From positions 128,001 to 184,330 of the forward strand of contig JAFKGI010000012.1 of NCBI GenBank assembly GCA_017307785.1: a stretch of DNA of 56,330 nt, read 5' to 3'. The stretch comes from Vulcanimicrobiota bacterium (GTDB lineage: Bacteria; Vulcanimicrobiota; Xenobia; Xenobiales; JADMJV01). Position 1 is the stretch's first letter. The number at the start of each line of letters is the position of its first letter. The notes below the pieces were generated by a model that was not told the DNA's origin, did no database searches, and saw only the letters and a program-made list of their open reading frames with translations. Of this stretch, positions 1 through 9,296 are shown piece after piece. The translations under genes and the position numbers were made by a program.

Positions 1-879
1 AGGAAGCTGACCATGTTGACGCCAGGAGCGGCGATGTCCGGCTTTACCAGACCGTCGCGCGTGGTCGGACCGCGGCTGGAGAAGAAGGCCATGGTGTCGT
101 CTTCGTGACCGGGAGTGTTCTTGTCGTCATAAGCACCGACGGTCAAGGCATCTTTGGTGATGGCCGGAGTGCCGATGGTGCGCACGCCGGGTCCGGAGTT
201 GCCGGCCGCGATGATCGGCATCAAGCCGGCCGCGATGGCGTCGTTGACGGCCTGAGCGATGACGTCGTGCTTCTCGTGCAGGTTGGCGTTGGCGCCTAAC
301 GACATGCTCAGAACTTTGATGCCCAGACGATCTTTATTGGCAATGCACCAGCGGATGCCGCGAGCGATGTTGGAGAGCGAACCGCCGCCTTCCCCGCCGA
401 GCACTTTAACGCCCACGATATTGGCTTCATAGGCCGGACCTTTGAACTTGCCGTTGGCTTTGGTGCCGTCACCGGCCACCAGGCCGGCGCAGTGGCTGCC
501 GTGACCGTTGTCGTCGTAGGCGTTCTCGACGCCGTCGCGACCGTTGCAGAAATCCTTGAACTCGATCAGGCGGTCCCCCAGGTCGGGGTGGTGTGCCACG
601 CCGGTGTCGATGACGGCTACCGTCACGCCCTTACCGGTGATGCCCATGTTCCAGCAATCCTGAACCGTCAGCACTTCCTTGATGGAGTCGATGCGGTCCG
701 CCGGACGCGGCAGTGCGTAGGCCAGGGGAGTCAGCTCCATCGGCGTGTGAATGCCGGCCTCGTAGCTCTGAATGAACACCTCATCCTTGGGCTCCTGAGC
801 GCCGCTGGGAGCGGCGTGGAGCTTCTGGGCGTTCTTGAGAGCTTGCCACTGTGGAGTCTGGTTGGCCTGAACTTGCATG
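1..879 (-). CDS. Subtilisin-like serine peptidase (S8 family), N-terminal part; 3' end runs off the window
   Basis: Reverse-strand translation starts MQVQANQTPQW with GGAGG 5 nt upstream (rc of 883-887). It contains VIDTGV (Asp box), HGSHCAG (His box) and FSSRGPTTRDGLVKPDIAAPGVN (classic S8 pre-Ser segment). The Ser box lies beyond coordinate 1. Confidence 0.8.
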
Positions 880-1054
880 GGTGCCTCCGAAAATTTATCC
901 GTCGACACCATAGCAAGACCGCAACCAAGGAAATGGGACCAGAGTGTTAACAAGACGCCACCTACCGACTTGCTCGCCGTGTAACATCGCGGCAAAACCT
1001 CTGTGACTCACGGGACCCTATACTGCCATCACATACATAGGAGGCACACCCCTC

Positions 1055-2983
1055 ATGAAGGTCCAGTCCGTAAACTACCAAGTAGCCAGCAATAAGCCGG
1101 TCGCCAGCAAGGCGCCCGCCGCCCCCAAATCCGAGTCCGCACCGGTTTCCAAAGAACCGATGGACGTTGGCACCATTGCTGAGAAGAAAGACTGGACCGT
1201 GCTGGTCTACCTGAACGGCAACAACGCCACCGCCAGCCAGGCCGTGACCACGATGCGCCAGCTCGAGTTCGTGGGCAGCAACGACAAGATGCATATGGCC
1301 GCTCAGCTGGCCCGCCCGAAAGCGCTGCTCGACAAATGGTCGCACGACTGGAGCGGTGTGCGTCGCTATGAAGTGCAGAACAACGGACAGCAGTTCAACG
1401 CGGGCGCGGTGGTCATCGACGGGCTGACCGGCTTCCTCCCCGGCAAAACCAAGGGCATCAAGTCCGAAGTGCTCCAGGACATGGGCGACGTGGACATGGG
1501 CAAGTCGCAAACGCTGGCCGAGTTCCTCGAGTGGGGAGTCACCAAATACCCCGCCAAGAACTACATGGTGGTGATGCAGGGACCTTCGGAAGGCGTCTCC
1601 GGCATGATGCACGACGTCCTCCACGACTCGCAGATGAGCGTGGCCGACCTGGGCGCCGCCTTCAAGCAAGTGCACGAGAAAACCGGCAAGAAGATCGACA
1701 TCGTGGCCCTCAACGGTTCGGCCACCAACTCCCTGGAAGTCGCCAACGAGCTCAAAGACCACGCCAAACTGCTGGTCGGCTCTCAGGATATCCAGAGCGG
1801 CCAGTCGATGCCGCTGGCGATGGTGATGAACGAAATCGCCAACGTCAGCAAAGACGGCGAGCAGAGCCCTCTGACCGTCGCCCAGTATATGTTGCTGATG
1901 AACTCGATGGCTCCGGGCGCACTTTCCATCGTCGACCTGGACAAAATCGGTCCGGCCAAAGAAGCTTGGAACGACCTGGCCAAGAATTTGATCAGCGCCG
2001 GCGTCAGCCGCGAACAGCTGCACAGCATCCTCGAGAAGACTCAGGACTTCCAGGGCGCTTCCAAGAACAGCGCCTACGGGAACAGTCGCGATGCCATCCA
2101 CTTCGCCAAGCTGGTCGGCGAGGAAGTGGCCGACGACAAGGTCAAGGCTGCCGCCGCCAAGGCCGTCGAAGCCCTGGAAGCCTCGCTGGTCGGCGATGTG
2201 GCCAACGGCAAGCGTATGGAAGAAGCCAACGGCATCTCCGTCTTCGCTCCCACCAACTACGGCTTCATGCGCCCCGATGGCACGCCGGTCCTCAAAGACT
2301 CGCTACGCGACGCCGATTACTCCAAGACCAACTTCGCCCAGGAAACCCAGTGGGACGAACTGCTCAGCGGCGCCGCCCAAGACGGCAAGCTGAACAACAC
2401 TCTGAAGAAGCTGGGAATGTCCGAGAACGGCGTGGACAAAGCGCACGGTCTCTACAACCAGCACATCGGCAAGGTCAATGCCGCCCTCGGTTTTGCCGGT
2501 ATGGCCGGTTACATGAACGGCATCCAGGCCTGGCGCGGCGCGGACGCCACCGGCTTTATGCTGCTCGGACCGCAGACGGCCGTTTACGCCGGTGTGGTCG
2601 GAGCGGGCAACGAAGCCCTGAAGGGCGTCGGCCGCATCATCAATGGCGCGACCAATCTGAAAGACGGCGGCGAAGTTGCCCAAGGCGCCATGGACGTGGC
2701 CAGCGCCGCCGCCAAAGGCGTGGCCAACCTGGGATTCATCGTGCCCGGTCTCAAGCCGTATGCGCAGACCGCCGGTATGCTGATGTTTATGTCGCCCTGG
2801 CTGCGCAACATCTACGGCGTCTACGATCAGTACAAGTCCATCAAGGACGGCGTGGAACTGGGCATCGGAGACAACAAGATGTCCACTGCCGCACAGGTGG
2901 GCGCCGCCGCCGCTCAGTATTACGGCAAGCAGAATCTCCAGGACCACGCGGAACGCAGTCTCTGGCAGAAGTTCGCCGGTTAA
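1055..2983 (+). CDS. Clostripain (C11)-like domain protein, predicted catalytically inactive
   Basis: The N-terminus DWTVLVYLNGNNATASQAV...GSNDKMH matches the C11 signature (WTxxVYxxxDNNL...GS.D.VN). The position of the C11 HGGG box reads MQGPSEG, and the FDAC box reads LNGSAT. AGGAGG precedes the ATG. Confidence 0.55.
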   Translation: MKVQSVNYQVASNKPVASKAPAAPKSESAPVSKEPMDVGTIAEKKDWTVLVYLNGNNATASQAVTTMRQLEFVGSNDKMHMAAQLARPKALLDKWSHDWSGVRRYEVQNNGQQFNAGAVVIDGLTGFLPGKTKGIKSEVLQDMGDVDMGKSQTLAEFLEWGVTKYPAKNYMVVMQGPSEGVSGMMHDVLHDSQMSVADLGAAFKQVHEKTGKKIDIVALNGSATNSLEVANELKDHAKLLVGSQDIQSGQSMPLAMVMNEIANVSKDGEQSPLTVAQYMLLMNSMAPGALSIVDLDKIGPAKEAWNDLAKNLISAGVSREQLHSILEKTQDFQGASKNSAYGNSRDAIHFAKLVGEEVADDKVKAAAAKAVEALEASLVGDVANGKRMEEANGISVFAPTNYGFMRPDGTPVLKDSLRDADYSKTNFAQETQWDELLSGAAQDGKLNNTLKKLGMSENGVDKAHGLYNQHIGKVNAALGFAGMAGYMNGIQAWRGADATGFMLLGPQTAVYAGVVGAGNEALKGVGRIINGATNLKDGGEVAQGAMDVASAAAKGVANLGFIVPGLKPYAQTAGMLMFMSPWLRNIYGVYDQYKSIKDGVELGIGDNKMSTAAQVGAAAAQYYGKQNLQDHAERSLWQKFAG

Positions 2984-2993
2984 ATTCCCGAAA

Positions 2994-3024
2994 AAGCCCG
3001 CCAAATCGGCGGGCTTTTTTTTTG
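2994..3024 (+). terminator. Rho-independent terminator downstream of the C11-like gene
   Basis: GCCCGCC-AAATC-GGCGGGC stem-loop followed by a T9 run. Confidence 0.75.
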
Positions 3025-3063
3025 AAGCAGGGTCAGGACGCCCCTTGGCCAAAGCAAATTACA

Positions 3064-3612
3064 ATGAGTTTCGGTCGTCGTTTGATTTGGCTCTCGGTCG
3101 TGGCCATGCTGATGCAGCTTGGTCTGGGTTTGGCCTGGCTCGCCACCGTGTCGCTGGCCATGGGCCAGCTTACGGCCCGCCGGCCCGAGCTTCAACAAAT
3201 CTTGGAGCAGGTGCAGAAACAGCAGTCGCTCACACCGCTCACTCCCAGCAGCAGCGACGCCGAGCGAATGCTGGAAGTCATGATGCCCATCTTCAGCCAA
3301 TTGGACTGGCCGGCCATCGCCCTCTTCTGCAGCTTTTTCTCCTTTGGAATGCTGGGATTCGCCTACGCTCGGCTGAGCGGTTCTATCGACTACCTGGGCT
3401 GTCTACCCGTGCTGGCTCTGCTCTCCGGACAGAATCCGATTACTCTGGCTCTGGCCCTGACGGGTCAAGGCGTCACCCAGGCCGCCTTCTCGCACCCCTT
3501 TGAATTGGGACTTCTGGCCTTACAACTGGTCAGCGTCTATGCCTTCGGCTTGCTCGGGCAGCGACTTTATCTGCGAAAAGCGCCTCCGGGGGCGACCGTA
3601 ACAACACGGTAA
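3064..3612 (+). CDS. Hypothetical integral membrane protein
   Basis: 182 aa with several hydrophobic helices (LIWLSVVAMLMQLGLGLAWLATVSLAM, IALFCSFFSFGMLGFAY, LALQLVSVYAFGLLG). High GC3. Confidence 0.5.
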   Translation: MSFGRRLIWLSVVAMLMQLGLGLAWLATVSLAMGQLTARRPELQQILEQVQKQQSLTPLTPSSSDAERMLEVMMPIFSQLDWPAIALFCSFFSFGMLGFAYARLSGSIDYLGCLPVLALLSGQNPITLALALTGQGVTQAAFSHPFELGLLALQLVSVYAFGLLGQRLYLRKAPPGATVTTR

Positions 3613-3671
3613 CACAGCCCGATCCGGTGTGGCCTAGACTGTCGGAAGAGAAAACTCGCAGTGAGGCCGTC

Positions 3672-4811
3672 ATGAAATTACAAAGCGCCCCCCAACCGGT
3701 GCTCCCCAAAAAGCTAGGTCAGGCTCCCAAGCCCAACGGGCCCAAGAACCCTTACGCGGCCTACGAAGAGGCGGAAAAAGACGTCGATAAGCACCGCGTG
3801 ACCTACGAAACGGCCTTCAACCTGGCTCGGGGCGCTTCTTATGTGCTCGAGGGCGGTGCCCGTATCGGTCAGACCTATCAACTCGGCAGCGCCCTGTTGG
3901 GTGCGCAGGCCGGCACACTGGCCTCCAGCGTCGGCATCGTGGGCGGCACCATCGACGTGGCACGCGGTGCCTCACTGGCGCAACAAAGCGCTATCAATCG
4001 CAATCGCACCGGAGCCGTGTTGGGCGGCCTGCAAGTCGCTCAAGGCCTGGCCACCTGGGTCAGTGCCGGCACCGCTTTTGCCGGTGGTCCTCCCATCGTT
4101 TCGGCGGTGGCCGCCGGTGGCGCCGTGGCCGCTCTGGCCGGTCGCCTGATCGTAGGCGCCCATGCCAAGCATGAAGCCAGCAAGCCGACCAAGGCGGCGA
4201 CTTTTCCGACCCAGCCGGTCAGCATCAAGTTTGACGAGAAGGCCAAGCCCAAGGGCGACGGCCGTCTGCTGGAAAACTCCTTCGCTCTGGCCAAGGCCAT
4301 CAGCGATGCAGCCAGCAACACCGGCGGTATGGCCGCCGGCTGGAACAACGTCAGCGCCCTTTTCTCGGGCAACGCTCCCACCGGTATCTGGCAGGGCCTG
4401 GGTCTGGTCGGAAGCACCTACACCATCCTGCAGAGCGCCTCGATGGTCGCCCACGCGGCCGGCAATCAACATTTCAACGACACCGCTTCGGGAACCCTCG
4501 GCCTGGTCCAGGGTGCGGCCAGCCTGGCCGTCAATATGGGCATTGGTGGTCACCTGGCTCCGGGCATCGCGGTAGGAGCCTACATCGCCAAGCAAGTCGT
4601 TCCCATGCTCAACCTCAAGAAAAAATTGGGCGCCAGCGAAGAAAGCGGCGGCGACAGCCTGATGAGCCGTCTCAAAGAGAACCTGGGCTACGCCTTCTCC
4701 GGCAAGCCCGAGATTCAGGAAAACAAGAACCTGTTTAAGTCAGTCGACGAGCCCAAAGAGGCCAAGAAAGTCGACGATAAGAAGACCGACGAAACCAATC
4801 AAAAGGATTAA
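3672..4811 (+). CDS. Hypothetical Gly/Ala-rich protein with Lys/Glu-rich C-terminal tail
   Basis: 379 aa of low-complexity G/A-rich sequence with amphipathic or TM-like stretches. It ends KEAKKVDDKKTDETNQKD. I recognise no family. Confidence 0.45.
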   Translation: MKLQSAPQPVLPKKLGQAPKPNGPKNPYAAYEEAEKDVDKHRVTYETAFNLARGASYVLEGGARIGQTYQLGSALLGAQAGTLASSVGIVGGTIDVARGASLAQQSAINRNRTGAVLGGLQVAQGLATWVSAGTAFAGGPPIVSAVAAGGAVAALAGRLIVGAHAKHEASKPTKAATFPTQPVSIKFDEKAKPKGDGRLLENSFALAKAISDAASNTGGMAAGWNNVSALFSGNAPTGIWQGLGLVGSTYTILQSASMVAHAAGNQHFNDTASGTLGLVQGAASLAVNMGIGGHLAPGIAVGAYIAKQVVPMLNLKKKLGASEESGGDSLMSRLKENLGYAFSGKPEIQENKNLFKSVDEPKEAKKVDDKKTDETNQKD

Positions 4812-4815
4812 CCCC

Positions 4816-4846
4816 GAAGGGCCCGCACAGGGCCCCTTCGCTTTTC
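4816..4846. terminator. Bidirectional hairpin between convergent genes
   Basis: GAAGGGCCC-GCACA-GGGCCCCTTC stem, then a T-run on the plus strand. It sits between the stop at 4811 (+) and the stop at 4845 (-). Confidence 0.5.
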
Positions 4847-5639
4847 AGGGCAAGCGTGCTTCGATGACGTATTCGACGATGTCCGGGGAGCCGGTCGGCA
4901 CCGGCTGCTGACCAAGCACCTCGAAGAAGCGTGGACCGGGCATCTTCCTCAGCCAGCCCAGGCTGGCATAGCGCTTACGCACGGTTTTGAGCAGAAACTC
5001 CAAAAACGCCGCCGGCAAATTCCGCTCAAACTCACGATTGATCTCGGGAGCTCCAAGACACTGCACGTGTTCGACTCGGTAACCGGCATTCTCCACCAGT
5101 AGTTTCCAGGAAACCTCGTCGTAGATGTGGTGATGCTGAAAGAAACCGTCCAAAGCTCCCGTAGCCGCCATGCCAAGTCGCGGGCTAATCCCCTGCAGGA
5201 AGCGCACGGTATTTAAGACTCGGGGCCAGCCAAAAGCGGGCACAAACATCAGCAGGCGGCTGTCCGCGTTCATGGCGTGGCGCAAATTGGTCAGAGCCTG
5301 ATGAATATTGGGAATGTGCTCCATGGAGCAATTTCCGATCACGAAGTCATACGATCCTTGGGGAACGGTTTCGCTCACGTCCGAGACCTGAAGAGAGCGA
5401 TACACTCCCGTTGCTCTAGCCAACTCGACTTCATGGCTATTTAAGTCGATTCCATCTACGGTCAGGCCCTCCACCCCTGGGAAAACCTTCCAAAAGGAGC
5501 CGTCTCCACAGCCAACGTCCAACACGCTGGCCTTCTCGGGCAAGCGAGACTGAAGAGCCACCAGTCGATTGCATTCACGAACCGCCAGCGAAACGGGAAT
5601 CTTCCGCAGCATCGCCGCGAAACTGGTCTGCACGTCCAT
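4845..5639 (-). CDS. Class I SAM-dependent methyltransferase
   Basis: VLDVGCGDG motif I. I set the start at MDVQTSF. Its ATG overlaps the stop of the upstream methyltransferase (TAATG). Confidence 0.7.
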   Translation of the reverse strand: MDVQTSFAAMLRKIPVSLAVRECNRLVALQSRLPEKASVLDVGCGDGSFWKVFPGVEGLTVDGIDLNSHEVELARATGVYRSLQVSDVSETVPQGSYDFVIGNCSMEHIPNIHQALTNLRHAMNADSRLLMFVPAFGWPRVLNTVRFLQGISPRLGMAATGALDGFFQHHHIYDEVSWKLLVENAGYRVEHVQCLGAPEINREFERNLPAAFLEFLLKTVRKRYASLGWLRKMPGPRFFEVLGQQPVPTGSPDIVEYVIEARLP

Positions 5640-6274
5640 TATCCGCCCGCTTTCCGGCCGCTGGCCACCAGCGCCAACCAGAGAAAGGTTTTCTGAACTT
5701 GAACTTGCTGTAGTCCGGCTTGCTCCAGGGTATCCTTGAGCGAATTCAGAGAAAACGGAGTGGGGTGAATGCCCTTGCGCGTAAAGCCCTGCAACCTCGC
5801 TACCAGCTCCAAAAAGGTGCGTTCGACCAGCGGCAAAATGAAGTCGCCATAGTTCGGGGTGCTCAGCTGCAATCGACCCCCAGGCCTGAGCACCCGCAGC
5901 AGTTCGCGCAGCCAACGCTGCGGGTCCAGCACGTGCTCGATCACTTCCGTTGCGAAGACGACGTCGAAGCTTGCGTCCGGGAAAGGCAGTTCAAAGGGTC
6001 CGCAAGCTTCAAACCGCGCCTGTGGGAAGCGCTGCCGACACTGACCGAGACTGCGCTCGTCGACGTCAACCCCGGTATAGCGATGACGTGGGTTGATGTG
6101 CCTTAAAATCTGAGAGAATCCGCAGCCGACATTGAGAATCTCTACAGACCTCGACTCCCCTGCTTCCTCATCGATCACCTGCAACACGTGGTTGCGAATG
6201 GGATTGTGGTAAATGGTGAAAGGGAAGACGTCCACCACGGCGAGGTTCGACTGGTAGTCAGTGCTCTTGGGCAT
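5639..6274 (-). CDS. Class I SAM-dependent methyltransferase
   Basis: ILNVGCGFS motif I, DVVFATEVIEHV, LRPGGRLQLSTPN (motif post I-III). Confidence 0.75.
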   Translation of the reverse strand: MPKSTDYQSNLAVVDVFPFTIYHNPIRNHVLQVIDEEAGESRSVEILNVGCGFSQILRHINPRHRYTGVDVDERSLGQCRQRFPQARFEACGPFELPFPDASFDVVFATEVIEHVLDPQRWLRELLRVLRPGGRLQLSTPNYGDFILPLVERTFLELVARLQGFTRKGIHPTPFSLNSLKDTLEQAGLQQVQVQKTFLWLALVASGRKAGG

Positions 6275-6291
6275 GGGTCGGGATTCCCAAA

Positions 6292-6831
6292 CTAGGTATG
6301 GAAAGCCTGCCGCAAGAGATCGTCGAAAAACTGCTCGGGAGTGGGGAGTTTGACCCTTAGAAATTTCCGCTCGCTGGCCAGGTCGGCCAGCGGCACAATC
6401 AGACCCCGGCTGTTAGAGTCGCTGCCCCGGGTGGCTACCGACTTGTAGCGGCGCTCGTCCAGCCACATACGCAACTTATCCAGAGGCATCAGCAATGCTT
6501 CCTGACCCTCGCCCAGAACGTGAGCCCACCAATCGGCGGTGCTGCTCCGAATCCCGGTAGGTTTGCCAGAGCGCGGGTTTTCGGTTTCGAAATAGGCATT
6601 ACCGGTCTGGGCTGCATGCTTGTCCCACTTCACTTCAACTCGAAAGGGATCACGCCGGCCAAATTCCGGACCAGGCACGACGGTGATGTCGAAACTTTGA
6701 CCGTCGAAACCCAGCCTGGCCGCGTGCCCTCGCAACATGAAATAGAGGGCGACTCGCAACTCATTGTAGTGTCCGGAACGAAGCTGCTGCCGGAAAGCCT
6801 CGGGGGTGTTCTGCTTCAGCGATCTGTCCAC
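6292..6831 (-). CDS. Hypothetical protein
   Basis: 179-aa ORF with high GC3. FDITVV...EVKWDK may hint at a PD-(D/E)xK-like core, but this is unverified. Confidence 0.4.
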   Translation of the reverse strand: MDRSLKQNTPEAFRQQLRSGHYNELRVALYFMLRGHAARLGFDGQSFDITVVPGPEFGRRDPFRVEVKWDKHAAQTGNAYFETENPRSGKPTGIRSSTADWWAHVLGEGQEALLMPLDKLRMWLDERRYKSVATRGSDSNSRGLIVPLADLASERKFLRVKLPTPEQFFDDLLRQAFHT

Positions 6832-7148
6832 TCGGACATTTCGCGAAAGCCCTCACGTCGACGCAGGAGACGCTTCTCGCCGTGAGTCAGCTCCGCCCAG
6901 CGAGGCATCAGACGCGATCCCTGGACCAATACCCAGTCGCCTCCGAAGTCACTGTTCAGCTTCTCGGAGAGTGCGGACTCGTGCTCGTCAGTCCAGCCGT
7001 CGGGCAACGTCTCCACCAGCAGAACATGCAGGTCCGAACGCTTTCCTTCGGCCCAACCACAGCCTTCGAGATCGAGTGCGGGACCGCGCGTTTTTCCCAC
7101 CGCCGCCTTGGTCAGGTCGGTCGATAGGCTTACTTTCCAACCACGCAC
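6816..7148 (-). CDS. Hypothetical protein
   Basis: 110-aa ORF that overlaps the downstream gene by 16 nt. No motif. Confidence 0.3.
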   Translation of the reverse strand: MRGWKVSLSTDLTKAAVGKTRGPALDLEGCGWAEGKRSDLHVLLVETLPDGWTDEHESALSEKLNSDFGGDWVLVQGSRLMPRWAELTHGEKRLLRRREGFREMSEWTDR

Positions 7149-7151
7149 GTC

Positions 7152-7367
7152 TTAGAGAGAACGCGCTTTGCTGACCTGAAAGACAGAGCCCATCATCCCA
7201 ATGGTCATCATGCCTTCATCCACGCTGCCCTCGAGTTCGAGTTTGGCACCATCTTTTTGCAGGTTGGAGGGAAGCCCCTCAAGTTGATAAGAATCGCCAT
7301 CTTTAGTCCGGAAAACCCAGGTGCCCCCTTCCAGCGCCGAGTGTTCCAGTGTTCCTTGAATCGTCAT
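7152..7367 (-). CDS. Hypothetical small protein
   Basis: 71-aa ORF in the same strand string. Confidence 0.3.
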   Translation of the reverse strand: MTIQGTLEHSALEGGTWVFRTKDGDSYQLEGLPSNLQKDGAKLELEGSVDEGMMTIGMMGSVFQVSKARSL

Positions 7368-7377
7368 CGTGAGCTCC

Positions 7378-8238
7378 TTACAGTTTCAGGTAGGGTTGAA
7401 TTTCATCGAATTTGCCCTGCTTCAAGCCGGGCACGCTGGTCAAATCATCCAGCGAGGTGAAAGCGTGAGGAGGCGGTCCCTTCCGGTAGTTGACAATCTC
7501 CAGGGCGAGCTTGGGGTCCACTCCGGGAATCGATTGCAACTGGTCGACCGTGGCACGATTGATGCTGACCTTGCTGGCGGCCGGAATTTCCGGCTTGGGG
7601 GCCGGACTCGGAGGTGGCGGCGGGGTCGCCGAACCAGCGGGCGGTCGGGAATCGACAGGAGGCGGCGGTGGCACCGTTCCGGCCGCCACAGGAGAGGGGC
7701 TCTCGGCCGGGACCACTTCCACGGGAGGAGTCAACTCAGGCAGAGGCTGGTCAGCGGGAATCTCGGGATTGTCACTCAGTTCGGGGGGGAGGTCACCCTC
7801 ACCCGTGGGTGTCTCGGACACTTCCGGAGTACCCGTAGGAGTTGGCAGAACCTGGCCAATCCGCGGAACGATCAGCTTCTCCTCGTCATGCAGCTTGGCG
7901 GCCATTTTGATTTGCAGGCGGTCTGCGTCTCCTTTGAGTCCACCCGCCGAAGCGATCGCGTCAAAGACACGACTGCCCACTCGCAGGCGATAGACGCCTG
8001 GGCGCACCACGGCTCCATCTACATCCACAAAAATGTGGTTGGATTTCGAGTGACTCTGAAGGGCGGCCATATTCGTCTGCTCATCGGGTACGACTTGAGA
8101 GCCACTGAGCCTGTAAAAGAGCAGCACCACAATCGAAAGAGCCAGAATCGCGGCCACGATGTAAGGATTGTGGTTCCGCTCTTCGGGCGGTTCTTCGTCC
8201 GGCTCCGGCAAAGGAATGGCGATGGTCTGCTGAGTCAC
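7378..8238 (-). CDS. comEA: ComEA-like DNA-binding protein (SLBB + helix-hairpin-helix)
   Basis: N-terminal TM helix, SLBB-like IFVDVDGAVVRPGVYRL...RVFDAIASAGG, a Pro-rich linker, and a C-terminal HhH INRATVDQLQSIPGVDPKLALEIVNYR. Confidence 0.8.
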   Translation of the reverse strand: MTQQTIAIPLPEPDEEPPEERNHNPYIVAAILALSIVVLLFYRLSGSQVVPDEQTNMAALQSHSKSNHIFVDVDGAVVRPGVYRLRVGSRVFDAIASAGGLKGDADRLQIKMAAKLHDEEKLIVPRIGQVLPTPTGTPEVSETPTGEGDLPPELSDNPEIPADQPLPELTPPVEVVPAESPSPVAAGTVPPPPPVDSRPPAGSATPPPPPSPAPKPEIPAASKVSINRATVDQLQSIPGVDPKLALEIVNYRKGPPPHAFTSLDDLTSVPGLKQGKFDEIQPYLKL

Positions 8239-8244
8239 TGTCGG

Positions 8245-9240
8245 CTACCTACCCCGTTGATTTTCCATGATAAAGTGGGCGACCAGATCGCGCGTAATCG
8301 CACTCATCTCCTCCGGAAAGGCGACGGCCACCGTAAAACGACCGTTCGCCTCCTCGTCGCAACGCACCACCCGAGCTTTGACTTGCAAAGGAAAATTCCA
8401 TGAGAGCACTCGGACTTCCAGTTCGCGACCCATATCGAAGCCGCGAGCCAGAGTCAAAGCCAGGCCGCCTTTACTGACGTCCCGGGTGTGGCCCGACATA
8501 GGAGGAATGCTCTTACCGGCCAGGCCGGGAATCTTCACTTCTACCGGAAGCTGCAGTTCAATGCGGAAATGCTGACGACCCCCTAAAGAATCTAGCTTCG
8601 ACTTCTCGGCCATCGACTTGAGTGGCCGCCCGACCAGGACCTGTTCAGGGTTCCCGGGTTTAACCCGGATGATGGGGCAGTCGTAGCTCACCTGGCGACG
8701 TTCGTCAAACATCACCAAGGAAAGCACTTCCTTGGGCGCAACGGGCAAGGGATCGTTCTCGCCCGGAACTCGAGCGACCCAAATGCCCTCCGCATCCGTC
8801 TTCAAAACCTTGACGTTCCAGCCGCGCGGGGTCGACGGTTGCTTCTCGGGAATCGCCCGCATGACCATGCCTGGCTGCAGCGGCTCGGGGGGCTCTTCCT
8901 GGCTGCGGCTCGGCGCGGGCGGAGGAGTGGGAGCCGGCTGCTGTTGCTGCCTGGGTGGCGGCGCAGGAGCCACCGGCGGTGGTGCCGGGGCTGCCAGCGG
9001 CGGAGTTTTGACCGGCTCGGACGGGGTTTCCATCAGGCTCATCCAGTCGTCCGAACTGGGCGGTGCCGCGGGTAGAACAGGGGGCGGAACGGGTGGAGCC
9101 ATAGCCGGCACCTTGACCATGGGAGGCGTCTCTACGGGAACGTTGACCGGAGCGGCCGGAGACTCCACAGGCTCGGGCACGACTTTAGAGACAGACTCTT
9201 CCGAGTCTGCCGGTGCCTTTTTCCGGAGCCAACCAAACAT
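8245..9240 (-). CDS. PilZ domain protein with Pro-rich N-terminal region
   Basis: RQHFRIEL (RxxxR) and DVSKGGLAL (D/NxSxGG) PilZ c-di-GMP motifs. Start chosen at MFGWLRKK (cat at 9238-9240). Confidence 0.65.
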   Translation of the reverse strand: MFGWLRKKAPADSEESVSKVVPEPVESPAAPVNVPVETPPMVKVPAMAPPVPPPVLPAAPPSSDDWMSLMETPSEPVKTPPLAAPAPPPVAPAPPPRQQQQPAPTPPPAPSRSQEEPPEPLQPGMVMRAIPEKQPSTPRGWNVKVLKTDAEGIWVARVPGENDPLPVAPKEVLSLVMFDERRQVSYDCPIIRVKPGNPEQVLVGRPLKSMAEKSKLDSLGGRQHFRIELQLPVEVKIPGLAGKSIPPMSGHTRDVSKGGLALTLARGFDMGRELEVRVLSWNFPLQVKARVVRCDEEANGRFTVAVAFPEEMSAITRDLVAHFIMENQRGR

Positions 9241-9296
9241 GCCTTTCCTCGTTTCGCCGCCCGCCCCCAAACTTCCGTTTCGGGAGGCGAATGTGT

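Noticed and set aside
1531-3612. 693-aa Arg-rich plus-strand ORF
   Set aside because: An Arg/Gly/Gln-rich frame overlapping the C11-like gene. Only its last 549 nt (3064-3612), which code for a hydrophobic membrane protein after the terminator, were kept.
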